A DNA stretch of 64,000 nt from Tubiluchus corallicola. Its lineage: Eukaryota > Animalia > Priapulida. Made by a program: the position numbers and the translations under genes. The stretch's first letter is position 1, and each line of letters begins with the position of its first letter. Below the pieces are notes generated by a model. That model ran no database searches. It saw only the letters and a list, made by a program, of their open reading frames with translations, and was not told where the DNA came from. The stretch spans positions 248,001-312,000 of the forward strand of contig JAQGDQ010000073.1 in assembly GCA_030141605.1 (NCBI GenBank), read 5' to 3'. This document shows, piece after piece, positions 13,926 through 26,400 of the stretch.

Positions 13926-15110
13926 TCAGTTTTTCTGCTGAATTCCTATGAGTTTTTCAGGAGGTGTGTATTTCCAGTCATCTAATGTGATCTCGTCCAG
14001 CTTCTGTCTCAGTCGGTTCATTCGTTGCTCGTGCAAATCTGAGAAAAGTAAAAAAAGAATGTGGAATGCAAAGATCAGCAACCGTTCTTACTAGTGTAGT
14101 TTAAACAGCAGAATAAGCAAGATTTGCCAATGCTACAACGGGCACAGGTTTGTGAAATTATTATGCACTGTAGCCGTTGGCCAGCAGAATTAAACTAGTC
14201 AGGTAAAGTGACTGCGGCAAATACTGAAAACACATTGAAGCGAAGCTGGAAAATAATGATCCAGACCATAATATGATAAGAACTGTGTAAATAAGAAAAA
14301 GGAATAAAACCTCTTTGCATAGCACGTCGACTTGCTTCTATTTCATGGTCAAGTTGCAACTTGTTCATTAATAAATCAACGCTGCCTGCAAAATATAAAT
14401 TCTAAGTCAATGTTCAATTTATTCATTTTAGTTCATGAACCTAATCTGCTACATATGGCTTTAAAAATAAGCAGTCCAGAGCAATTTTGATGCTTACAGT
14501 GATCATGTCATGTCATGGGGTTCTTGGAAAGAATTAAACAAAATGTCGAATGCTGCTTCTGAAATTTCACAACTGCAATATGTCCCAATATGGTTTGCGG
14601 CACCTTTCTTTTTGCCGTTGATTCACATATTAAGCTATCATCTCGTTTATAGTCTGGACACCAAGACGCAAGTGAAAAATGGGGAAAAACACAACAGCTG
14701 AAAACACGGCTTGACTGGCTTATTCATCGCAATCATTTTGTGTTTCAGTGTCTACCAAATTCTCGTCTAAATCATGTTGCTTCCATGGCCATCATTTACA
14801 CTACTGAGCAGGCAAGCTGCAAGCGAGCAATTAAGTTTATTGAGTAACAATATAAATTGTCTATCCAATTGAGCAACTGTTGGATGAAACAAAATATACA
14901 GCTAAGATAAGGATATTTACTTAACGGTCAAACAGGCTTGTAAGAATGTATAACTCCCTTCGTATGTAGGCGCAAACGTCAAAAACGAAAAATGACATTA
15001 AAAACGAAAATGGGACACGTACTTTGATCTTGATCATCTTCTACATTTGGAGACCTGAACAAAACCTTCCTTACAGCTGTTAGCTCATCCTTTTGTGCAG
15101 ATACTGCCAT
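13926..15110 (-). CDS. ANAPC16: Anaphase-promoting complex subunit 16, 91 aa, three coding exons
   Basis: Exons 15110-15023, 14385-14311, 14038-13926, with GT-AG sites and matching phase 1/1 introns, give MAVSAQKDELTAVRKVLFRSPNVEDDQDQSSVDLLMNKLQLDHEIEASRRAMQRDLHEQRMNRLRQKLDEITLDDWKYTPPEKLIGIQQKN*. RKVLFRSP and ITLDDWKYTPPEKLIG match human APC16 RKALFTYP and LEADEWRFKPIEQLLG. Absent from the ORF track. Confidence 0.85.
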
Positions 15111-15256
15111 GTGTCAAATCATGTCATGGACAAAAAGTCTGCAACAGATCAACAAAATCAGCAACTTATTTAATCTGAAAAGGAGAACCTCAATTATTCA
15201 TAATCTAGCTTAGTAAAAAGAGGTAAATTGCAAATGTCACAATACAGCGGATATCT

Positions 15257-16500
15257 AAGATTTAGATTTATTTATTCATCCATTTAGCGCAATACAACAC
15301 GATACAAGTTAGACAATTACAAATTAACAAGGCATTGCAGTGCTATGAGAATAGCAGAAGAAATTAACTTATAAGCTACTCTTAACATATAAGACTTAAT
15401 GTCATGATTAAGATTAAGATTAGGTATATTAAGTATATCAATGAGATCCACTTTCCATGAGATCATGGGCTCAATTCCACAGCTGACTACTGAGTCAAAC
15501 TAAAAATCAAAAAAATTATTTGACCAAGCAGGTAAATTTAGCAAAGTAATGTAGGTTTTGTTTTTGGCATTGCACTGAAAACCTACTAAAGTTACAAGAA
15601 AAGATTTTCACATCATTAAATAACTTTAACTTTCAACAATTTCGTTAAGAAACTCTTTGTTATTTATGTAACAAGCTTTTATATATATAAAACTCAAGAT
15701 TTTGTTAACTATACAGCTATAAACTACAGAGCATTTGTAAGTTCTACTAAACTATTAGTGAACTTTGTTGCAGACTTGCTTGCAAAGAATAAGAGAGAAA
15801 AAGACCTAATGAAAAAGTAACAATAAGTTGGTTTCTCCTCAACGATTTAAGAAATTGACACAGGTTTGGTACTTCTAACAGTTCCATTAGTAAGTGATTT
15901 CCAGAGGCCTACAACCTGAGAAGAGAAGTAAGCTCGAATATTAATGCAAAAGTACAATGTACAAATAAGTTAGAGTTGTGTCCATGTAATTCACATAGCG
16001 GTCTAAAAAATGAATTTGTTACTATGTAAAATAGAATTACCAGTGGTGATTTTATAAGAGTTAATAAGATCTACAGTATGATGGCATTGTTGAAGAGAAG
16101 ATATAGAATCTGGATAAATGTAAAATAGAGAGATCAGATTAATACAACTCAATTGAGGTTTTCAAAAGCACTTTTTAAAGTCACATGATTTACTAAAACC
16201 AATTTATACAGAACATCAGTAAGTAGAAGAGAGAAGTCCACAAAAAATTAGGACCAGTCATTTAGGCGTTGAAGAAGATTTCCTAAAGTTGAACTTTATT
16301 GTAACTGGTAATCAACCGTGTTGATTGTCGTTAAATTGAACAGAAAATAACGGAAATTCAATATCTCATCCAGCAACAGTGATTCAAGACACTTAGAAAC
16401 AATAGAAGACACAGCTTAATTTATCACATTTTAAATTGGTTCCTGGGTTTTTCTAGGAATTGGGGTTACATTGCAATAGGAAGTGCTCAAAACCCTTTAC
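15257..16500 (-). mobile_element. Decayed CR1-group LINE 3' fragment
   Basis: Minus strand shows FSSQVVGLWKSL (cf. CR1 FSxRVVxxWNxLP) near 15880-15930 and an AATAAA plus short-repeat tail near 15257-15277. Many stops. Boundaries approximate. Confidence 0.5.
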
Positions 16501-16667
16501 TATCCTTAGTTAGATAACTTTTAGAGTAGACAACAAACAATCCAGCAAAAAAACTGCTAATAATAATAATTAAAGGTAAATTTGAAAAGTAAAGATAAAT
16601 AATAATATTAATAATAAAAACAATTTAGTGGAACACACACTCTTAAAGCGCAATTTAACGATTTATA

Positions 16668-17589
16668 CTGTTGGGAGCCGAGTGGACCACTGCGCCCAGT
16701 AGACCACTTGATGCGCTAAAAGTAGTGTCCTACATGGGCAGCCCAAGTAGGACACTAGCGATAAATGTAGGTGTTAGATATAGGATTGTTTAGCTGTAGA
16801 CTTAAATATTAAGTGAGAATATTTCAGTGTTTATGAACTTTTGTCAAGTTTTGCCTTTTGTCAAGTTTTGGTTTATTGTGTTACTAGTAATAACTTTTTT
16901 GAGTCCCAACCAAAATGTTATTTTGTAATATTGTTGTAGCTTAGCCTGTTATTTACTTTGCTCGTATTTATTATTGTTTCCATAGTCATATTTATTTTTA
17001 TTTTGTATTGCATTCTGTGAAAGTGCATTGCTAATTCAGTCAAATATTTTCCTACTTGAATTGCATAAACATGTTTATAAAAATGCAGCTGATAAATTTT
17101 TCTAACATTAATTCCAAATCCTCAGTGTGGATGAAAAATATTGGTTTGTTATAGCGATGTTGCCCTATGAACAAGCTGATATTTTCAAAACAAAACGAAA
17201 ATTGATTTTGAACTGAAATAGCAATCACTGTGTGTATGTATGAGTGGGCATAAACTGATTGCTTCAAAGGCAAGGTAGCCATCAAAAAAAATTTTGCTGA
17301 GCTAATTAAGTTCAACCTCTCGACCTCCTCGCGGTGCTTCTACCAACTCAGAATAAAATTCTTTTATTTTATTAGATGTATAATAAATTATTCAACGTGT
17401 ACTAACGTTTTTAATTATTATTATTACATAAACAAGCACAACGGACGGTGTCAGTAGACTTAACGACTCAATTCGCGACCTGTCTCTAGTGTCCTACTTG
17501 GGCAGCCCAAGTAGACCGCGGTCTATTTGGGCTAGCCCAAGTAGACCAATTGGTCTACTTGGTGCAGTGGTCCACTCGGCTCCCAACAA
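16668..17589. mobile_element. Non-autonomous DNA transposon (MITE) with ~40-bp TIRs and subterminal palindromes
   Basis: Left ctgttgggagccgagtggaccactgcgcccagtagacca is the near reverse complement of right tggtctacttggtgcagtggtccactcggctcccaacaa. TA on both flanks. Confidence 0.88.
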
Positions 17590-19039
17590 TACGACACCCT
17601 AAACTTTGTGATTTGATTCAAATAAAAATAAAATACGTTTTCTCAACGACTGATTGACTGTTAATTTCGAGTGACCACTAGTAACCAGCAAAAGGAACCG
17701 GCCGTTATTGCCCGTTAACCGTAATGTAATTTTCATCATTATCGCCGCTACTATCATCATGCCATCACCACTGTCATCCTTGTTGTCTCCATCGGCAATG
17801 TATTTTAAGTCTATCAGTTATGTTTGCTAACTGACACTGACAGCTTAAACTAAATGGGTACGTGGCATTTGGGCACAAATAAAACTTAGTATTTTATCTA
17901 ATTTCCTGTTCATTTTTCACTAGTTTTTAATGACTCACTATATCTCTCTCACAATATTATTCAAAGATCGTTTCACTAAAATTAAACTACTCAAAAACGT
18001 ATGCAATTATAATTATATTGCTACGCGGGTGAATTGCCATTTATTTTTGACCCCCTCTACTTTGTAATGGTTCGATCCATTACGAAGCCATTGCATACCA
18101 GCATTGCATAGCAGCTACTAGTAGCTGATGTGGAATGGCATCGTCAGTTCAGTTTACAAGCGAACAGGTGCGTTTACCACCTAAGCACCTGTTGCATAGT
18201 CATGATAAGTGTGAGGAACGCAGGAAAAGATTCTGGCTACTTTTCCTCTTAATTTTGTTTAAATTTCTGTAGTTCTTCTCTATTTTCACATCTACAATAT
18301 TTGCCTGCAGCATGGTTTGGCTGATCCAGATTTGATTCACAGTCCTCTTGCATGGCTTCCATAACAATATGATATTATAATTAAAAGTATCTAAAAAATA
18401 CCAAGAAACTCTGCAGGTTCTGGTTCTCTGCAATTAGTTCTTAAAATGAACGAAGCAGATCGAAGAAGACCATGCAAATTTAGATTAACATTTTCTTAAA
18501 ATATAAGATAGCATTTTATTTCAAAAATACTTAGTGCTTAGTAAAATACTTAGTGCCTTTTTGACTCAGCATATGTTGTGCTTAAAAACCATGTACATTA
18601 TTCTTGAATGAAATTATAGAGTGTAGAATTAGATTAATCATGACCGCTTTGCATTCCCAAGAAATAAGTTCTGTGACTGCAGATGAACTACACAATATCA
18701 AAAAATGGTAAAAATTTTCTGAAGCAGCACCCCCCTCCCCTTAATCTTAGCTGCGATCCAGCCACCACTGCTACGCATACACAAACACACATATAAAATA
18801 CTATCTCGAATAATAACAACAACAACAAAATTAAAAGCTACCCACATCAAATAAAATGGACCTTCATAATTAAAAAAAATTGAAAGTCTACTTGTTTTGT
18901 CCACAAACAGGCACGTACTGTCACAACATAGCAAAGTTATGTTTGACCACTGGTATGATTACTCGTATGGATATTACATGTACAGTATTATGTAATTAGG
19001 TATATTGCTAAACTCTGCTTAATGCCAGGAACAGGCAAA

Positions 19040-19440
19040 TACCTTAGGTTATATGGCTTTTTGAGAAATTGCGAATGTCATATGCCTTGAAAAGAATCAA
19101 TTCTGTTAGCTTTTAATGGTTGCAAGCAGAATTGTGATTTTGCCAGGAAAGGAAAAGATAGCATGGTTTTACATAGTAAATGTTAGAGGAAAACGTGGTA
19201 TCTGCAAGCATTATTCCTAGAGCTAAGTAACCGATTTACCTCATGTTTGTGCCAGACCGTTTTACTGCAATGTAGCACGACAAAGCTAACACATGCTTCA
19301 CTGTGACAGTTAGTAAAGCACTTAAAGTCTTGTCCACATAGAAAACAGTGTCACTGGATGAAATACTGGAACATACTAAAATGGGTTGCGCATCAGGCAA
19401 AAGTGTTTGGACCAGTCATTCATCCCTGAACATACAGCAG
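19040..19440 (+). pseudogene. Heavily decayed transposon-derived coding remnant
   Basis: Frameshifted pieces (SILLAFNGC...FARKGK; LEHTKWVAHQA) resemble the HAxxGCD..F.GKGK and HxKRAxYQA motifs of invertebrate transposon-associated proteins. Weak, recalled similarity only. Confidence 0.3.
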
Positions 19441-21629
19441 TAGTAATCAAAACTAACGACACTGATATTTGCAGCTACTAGTTGAAGTAAAGTTCAATTG
19501 TTTTTTCTTTGTAGGGAGAGTACCATTACTGCCACGTTAGAAAAGACTACAACAGTTCCAAAAGTTTCGTATAAAATCAGTAAAGTCTTTACTTTCCCAC
19601 TGTTAATTCCAAAAGTGTTAAACTGGAATGGTGCCTGACGTCAACATCAAAGACAGTGTTGTACGTTCACCAAACTATATTACTGCACGAATTAAGTACG
19701 ATAAATTGGCGGTTTAGATATTCTACTTTGTTAGTTTTCATAACAAAAATTTTCTATTATTCTGTCACACTGGTATAAATTGCCTCAGATTTTGCACTGT
19801 TTAATAATCTTTTTATTGAAATGCTGCTTACTCTATGGCACACTTTTATCTTGTTGCTTATACACTAGATTGCAGCTCTGTAAAACACTGCAAGATCTGG
19901 TTATCTCGGTTATACGGTGTGCATTGTATTAAAATAATTATTTTGTTTTATTTTTTATCGTGTCAGAAAACTGCCATCAGTTTTAATGCTGCTTTTGTAA
20001 CAATTCATCAATAATAACATTTTCACTACTACTGCTTGGCATATCAGTTTTGTTCTCTATACACAGATTTCGATTCTCTGTACCAGTTCTCTGACACAAC
20101 AGCTCTCCTGATCTTCTGCCCACAGTAACTTTGCTATTACATTTTGTGATACTTGGTTGACATGTTTTCTCTGATACGTGAATGACAGTTTGTGATACTG
20201 AATGCTGGAGACAAAAAGTACGAGACTTAGTGACCATTACATTGACGATGCTATCATGAGCGTCTAATGGGGATTGCAAACAAGTCAAGGCCTCCCCCTC
20301 TCCCCGATCAGGCCTTTAAACTTGGAATGAGGGGGTTTGAATGTTGGAACCCTATAATTAATTCCCTAAGCTGTGTCAGAAATTTCTATTCTCTGTCTCA
20401 CTAAGTAGTACGGCACTTACATGATATAAGCTATTGTCACTCTTGGTTTAAGAGGCCTGGCCCATGGATCAAGCAGTCACTATAGAACAGTGACAGTTTA
20501 GAACGAATCACAGCCGCGGAAATAAAGGGACGGGATTAACAGCAGCACCAAAAACATGCAGTCTCAGGTCATATAAGTTCACGTTTATCTGAACTTTTTT
20601 CTTTTTCTTTTGTATTTCCTTATTTTTATATCATTATTTGCTCACGAGAACTTATCCTCTCAAGTCTTAACCTAGGAAAAACGATGGAGAACTCTGCTCA
20701 TGAATGTTACTTCTACCATTAATTTTAAATATGGCAGAGCTCTTTTCATTTAAACCCCAGAATCAGTTAGATGTCGGCATGTCTTGATCACTATATCAAT
20801 TTATGTATCATTTAGTTCATCTGCTTTTAATAGCTGTGTGTTATCTTTTATAGATTATTTTTAATTCAAGGTTTCCACACTCCACCCTGTTTTGTATATC
20901 TATATGCATTGTAAATAATATTGTGATCAATAATCAGTATTACATGTAGCTAGAGTGCCCAAACCCAACCCCTAGCTGTAGGGGCTCACTACATTCCCCT
21001 CACCTACCCCAACTACACCATATGAGGGCCCAGAGGTAAGATAATTTTAAGCAATAATTGTGATAGTAGGAGTATATATTCTTTTCCCCTTCCTTAAAGT
21101 TGTAGCGAACACCCTTGGATGCTATTATAAAGGAAAAGAAAAACATAATTATGAAAATGATACCTATCATAACAGTGTATGTGTCTCACATAGGAGGTTG
21201 CCTTTATAGTGCACTGTCTGACACATAGACAGACATTTTTTTTTTATTTATCTCCTCATTTACACCATAGTATACAAATTCACTATTATTTTTATAGTTA
21301 TTGATTAAAAAGGATAAATTAAACATAAAGGAAAGAGTTAGGGGGTGCAGGAGAATTGTTACTGTCTAGAGTCTAGACTGTCTAGTCTAGTATCTGAAAC
21401 TGTTTATCATTACTGAATAAAACGAAAGCAGCAATAAACTATTTTGAGGTGAAATAACGCTGACTAAAGAGCTTTCATATTGCTGTTAGAAATTACGTAC
21501 GAAAATTTTTGAAAGTACTACTATATTTGGTCTCTTCGCTTAAAATTTAAAAAAATACGCACAGAAAATTATTAATTTCTTCCGTACGACTGCACTTTGT
21601 GCGTGCCGTGCAAAGTAATTGTCGAATTG

Positions 21630-22430
21630 CTTCAAGTACTGGTATAAGAGATAAGCTTCTTAAGTGGTTCCGTTCTTTTCTTACTCATCGTTTCCGACTT
21701 TTTGTTAACGGTTTAACCACTGAATAGGCGCCTCGTTATAAGTGGTATCACTCAAGGAATCTTGAGTGGCCCATACTGCTACCTTATTTTTATAAGTGAT
21801 GTTACCGATTGTATTTCCCCAGGGACTAGCATGCCATTATTTGTTGATGATTTAAAGCCCTTTCGTCCAATTTGGGGCCGTCTTGATCGTTATATTTTAC
21901 AACATGACATGGATGAAATTTTAGACTGGTGCAATAAATGGTTGATGACACTTAAACCCAGTAAATGTGCTTTACTTAGAATATGCCCTAAATCAGTTAC
22001 ACCTTACTTTCTAAATAATGCTCAAATAGCTGAAAAAAGTTGTATCAGAGACTTGGGATTAATGATTTCTAATGACCTCAAATGGAATTCCCATGTGAAT
22101 CGTATCATTATTACTAAAGCAAACCGTTGTATTGGCATGATTGAGCGGTGTGTGATATCGAGAAATGCAGCAGTAATTATTCCTCTCTATAAAGCTGTTG
22201 TTCAACCCATTCTGGAATACGTGTTGGTTGTATGGTCACCCCAATATGCTACTCTCAAGAATGCTCTTGAAAGAACTCAAGATAGATGTACTCGTCTTGC
22301 TATTGATTTGGATCCCGCTTCAATTTCTACTCTTGAGCAAGGGTGTGAGACTGTAGACCTTGTGAACTGCTTCAAAATAATTAGTGGAAATACTATTCTG
22401 ACTGAGGCAGACTTTTGAGCAGACGTTTTT
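21630..22430 (+). mobile_element. Decayed CR1-like LINE RT fragment
   Basis: GIRDKLLKWFRSFL, LFVDDLK (from YADD), WCNKWLM, RDLGLMISNDLKWNSH, LYKAVVQPILEY..VWSP. Frameshifts present. Confidence 0.85.
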
Positions 22431-23469
22431 CCAGGCCTCACAGAGTTCTTCGAAAAAAATTTGTTTCTGTCTTACCTCATGAGCTCAAAAGATATCAGAA
22501 AGAAGGGAGGAAATATTTTTCTGCAATTTTTTTCTTTAAATCTTTGTGAGCGTTTAAAGCTGGATTGTAAAATGTTTAAAATCAGTTGACATCAAAGGTT
22601 GTTTAAAATCAGTTGTTTATTTCCCACTAATTAATGTCATTAAAACATGGCAGTAATGTTTTTGATTTTTCCATTGCACATTTTTTCCCGCTTTGCTTTT
22701 TAATTTTTTGTTTCAAGTTGTCGTTATAATTACCGACTATTGTATAGTCTTTTTTTGCATGGTATGAACATGCATTATTTTATGAGCTGCAAAACTACTC
22801 GATCGTTTGGTGGAATTGGTGGAAAATACTATACTTTTTAGCCTCCAATACGATATTCAGCATTAGGCAACCCTGGCCGAGAGTTAACTGTATAAAAACA
22901 TAGCTACATCCTTGTCCAAACTACAGTGTTATAACAATTATTGTGTTTTATGTTTTAAATTAAAAAATGCTTTTATATGACTAAGGTCAAATAAGTATAT
23001 GAACGTACAAATAAATTATAAAATTTCCAGCCGGGTGTACGACAAAAAAATATTGCCCGAGTTTCTAGATTGAGCCAAAAGTATTTTTATTGTCGGCCTA
23101 AAATAATTCTTTTTCATTAAAAGAATCAATATTTTTCCGACCAGATCTTCATTACTAAATTTTTTATTCTATTTTTTCAATTATTTTATGGGCTATTAGA
23201 TGTTACTACCTAAAAATAGTGGTGGCCCCTGTATTGAAAAGCATACAAATTTTAATGATAGCTGGCACTCACCAATTTGGCATGAGTATTTCATACATTT
23301 CATATATATATATATAAGATGAGTTACATCCAAAAATCAGCCTGCTGTAAATACTTCATGCTGTTCTTTTTTGTTTTAGTTTTCTCACACAAGATGTCAG
23401 TAAGTTCTCATCCTGGATTGTGACTCCTTCAAGTTTTCTTGTGCCTGGAAAAGTGTGTCTGTGATTTCA

Positions 23470-26400
23470 ATGGCATCTACTTTTGGAACATGGCGACAAT
23501 TACTGCACTGGGGGCCTCTTTTAGCACTTTCAGTTATCACCATGATATCAATAATGACAATACACTGCACGCTAATGTACTGGCCACCTTTGCAGTCTTT
23601 GGGTGGTTTTGTTCACATGACTGTGTTTCTTGGTTGGAATTTCTTGACATTGTTTAATTTTTTCAAAGCAGTGTATGCTGGACCAGGATTTCTTCATCTG
23701 GGCTGGAAACCAGTAAGTATTTTTTCAATGTTAATTTTTCAGTTGTCCATGCCAACATCATACCTGTTAGGCGGGTGTCCACATAGAAGTGGACATAATC
23801 TGTAATACTTAAGCTATGAGGAGAAAAAGCCACTTATTGAAAATTGAATCAATGGTCTCTATCACACAGATAATCCATTTGCCATCTTTCACCTGCCGCA
23901 GTCAGTCATAACCCACAGTAGGCTCCTCATAGGAATGGTCCATAAGGCAACTTATTGTGAAATGAATTTGCCCATTAATTTCATTTGCCGTAAGGCAATT
24001 TAGGTCATCGCTATAATGCAGCAAATAGTATGTTTGTGGTTTTTACAGTGAATTCATTTGTGTCATAAGAATTCGTAACAGAATGGTCTGATAAACATTA
24101 AAAAGCAATTTTTAAGCACTATACTTCACTAATAATGCAATTAGGTACGTCATTGTGAAAATGGATAATAGCAAAATGCCTTACTATTTACACAGGGTAA
24201 GGAGCATATCGCTGATTATTACATATGCGTTATGGAAGATGTAAGACACTTTATGGGTTATGGATTGTGGCTTGCTCATTATGCCTTTCTCTGTGTGACA
24301 CAGACCTTATATGTACATTATGGAGAAGTAGACATGCATGCTTTTATCAAGTTGGCAAAACACTTAAAAAGTTATAAAGGAAAATTAAGATTTGTTGATT
24401 GTTTTTGCTCAGCTCTAGTAAGCAGAATGAAAAATTTTAATGGTAAATAATCTAGATTTTTTGTGCATTTCCAAGAAATGTAGACAGGTCGTTGAGCAAG
24501 ATTCTTATTTTTGATGTTGTATATACTTCTAAATAGAAAATTTTTTCCATTGTAGTTTGTCGGGATCAGTAAAATGTACAATAATAGTGAAATGTAGGAT
24601 AAAAGAGATAGCTAAAATTATGTATTAACAAAAACGGAAGTTTAGTACTTTCGATATCCTTAAATGAGGTCATAGTCAATACCCTTTTGAACTTGCATTG
24701 ATAATTATCTCGTCTAAGGATCCATGTGAAAGTATATGACATTGAACTTTAGTTTTTGAGAACACTTTTCCTCTATGCTTAATTTGTAAGGTGTTGGCAT
24801 TCATACTAAACATAGTTGTCAAATTTATTTTAACAGGATGATGACAATAATTGTAAGTTTCTTCAGTATTGCAAAATATGTGAAGGGTACAAAGCTCCAC
24901 GATCTCATCACTGCAGGAAGTGTGATAGGTAACATGGTATTCGTATATAATGAAGACTGACATTTATTAGAATTGTGTAATGCTTGTGATTGTGTTGTGA
25001 TTCCATTTCTTCAGCTCCTCCAGACGCTGGTAAAATTAGGAGTTTTTAAGGTGTCAAAAGTAATTTATTAACAGAAGTAAAATAAAAAATATTCCATTAA
25101 GTATAACAGAATTTATAAATTATTAAGCAGAATATCGCGGACATCTGACATTAACTAAGATTATCGAGGTAATGACCAAGTACATGTAAATCTACTGCTC
25201 TTAAAGTTCTTGAAAAAAGAAATATGTGATTGAAAATTCCAAATATGATATTGTTGAAATTGCATTTAGTTATGGCTCTCTTCCTTTTTCGTCCATGTAA
25301 AAATTACAATTGCAGGTTCATTTATCTCTAATTGATATTTCTGAATTTAAGATTATATGTTATCTGTTATTTCTTATCTGTTATCTTAGGCCACATTTGA
25401 TTATAAAGTTAATTGAATTAAGTTTGTCAATTTCTCAATTGTAAGTTAACTGTAAGTCTGAAGCTTAGAAATGCTATATGGGCTAGTAAGCATAGAATTA
25501 GGGCAACATTAGGAACTGTATTTTTAGCAATTAAATTTTAGGTTTGAAGTTTGAAAGTTCCTGGTTGAACTTTACTTTTTTGTTGACAAAGATTGAAAGT
25601 AATTAATATGCTTTATTAAAGTGTGTTTCTAAGCTACGTAGCAGAGTATTTCCCTTTTTCGTTTTTAATTTTTTCGATGGATTTTACTTAAGAAGGAAAT
25701 TTTTTTGTAATAATAGTTTGTTATTGATTCCTAGAAGATTTGTAATTATTAGAAGTATTTTGTTCTTATGAAGAAAAATGAATACCGTGCCTCTATATGT
25801 TGTTTCATTTTCAAGTTAATCTTTCATGAATTTATAGATCTATTCATTGTGCAGGTGTGTAATGAAAATGGACCATCATTGCCCATGGATTAACACGTGT
25901 GTGGGACATTTTAATCATGGATATTTCACATATTTTTTATTCTGGGCCGTTGTTGGATGCCTGCACGCAGTGTCTATATTATGCATGTGCTTGTACCGAG
26001 CATTAAATAGAGTAAGCATTGCTGAGCAAGCTCGTTAACGTAAACTTTATGTGTGCTGCTTCAAAATGTTTGTTTGGAACTCAGACATTTGATTTATTAT
26101 ATTTGTTATTTGTGCCTGGAATTGATACATTTCACATGAGTGTAAACTATATTGTCACTTAATCATCCTGTTTTTGCTTTCATTATGTTTAGACTTTTTT
26201 GTACCTAATGTATATATGGTTTTATGTTTTTTTATATATAGCTTTTTGCAGTATTGTAATGGTCACAATCACTATCATAATCAACTCTGTGATCGTACAA
26301 AAGATTGCGATCGTTTTCTCAGAATGTGATAGTTGACTGCATCATCATTCTAGGCGATCATTTTTATGACCATTTCTTTCTAATTTGTATAGAATTTTTC

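Noticed and set aside
19983-20288. 101-aa minus-strand ORF in the ANAPC16-ZDHHC6 spacer
   Set aside because: No ATG start or family motif, and it sits among decayed repeats.
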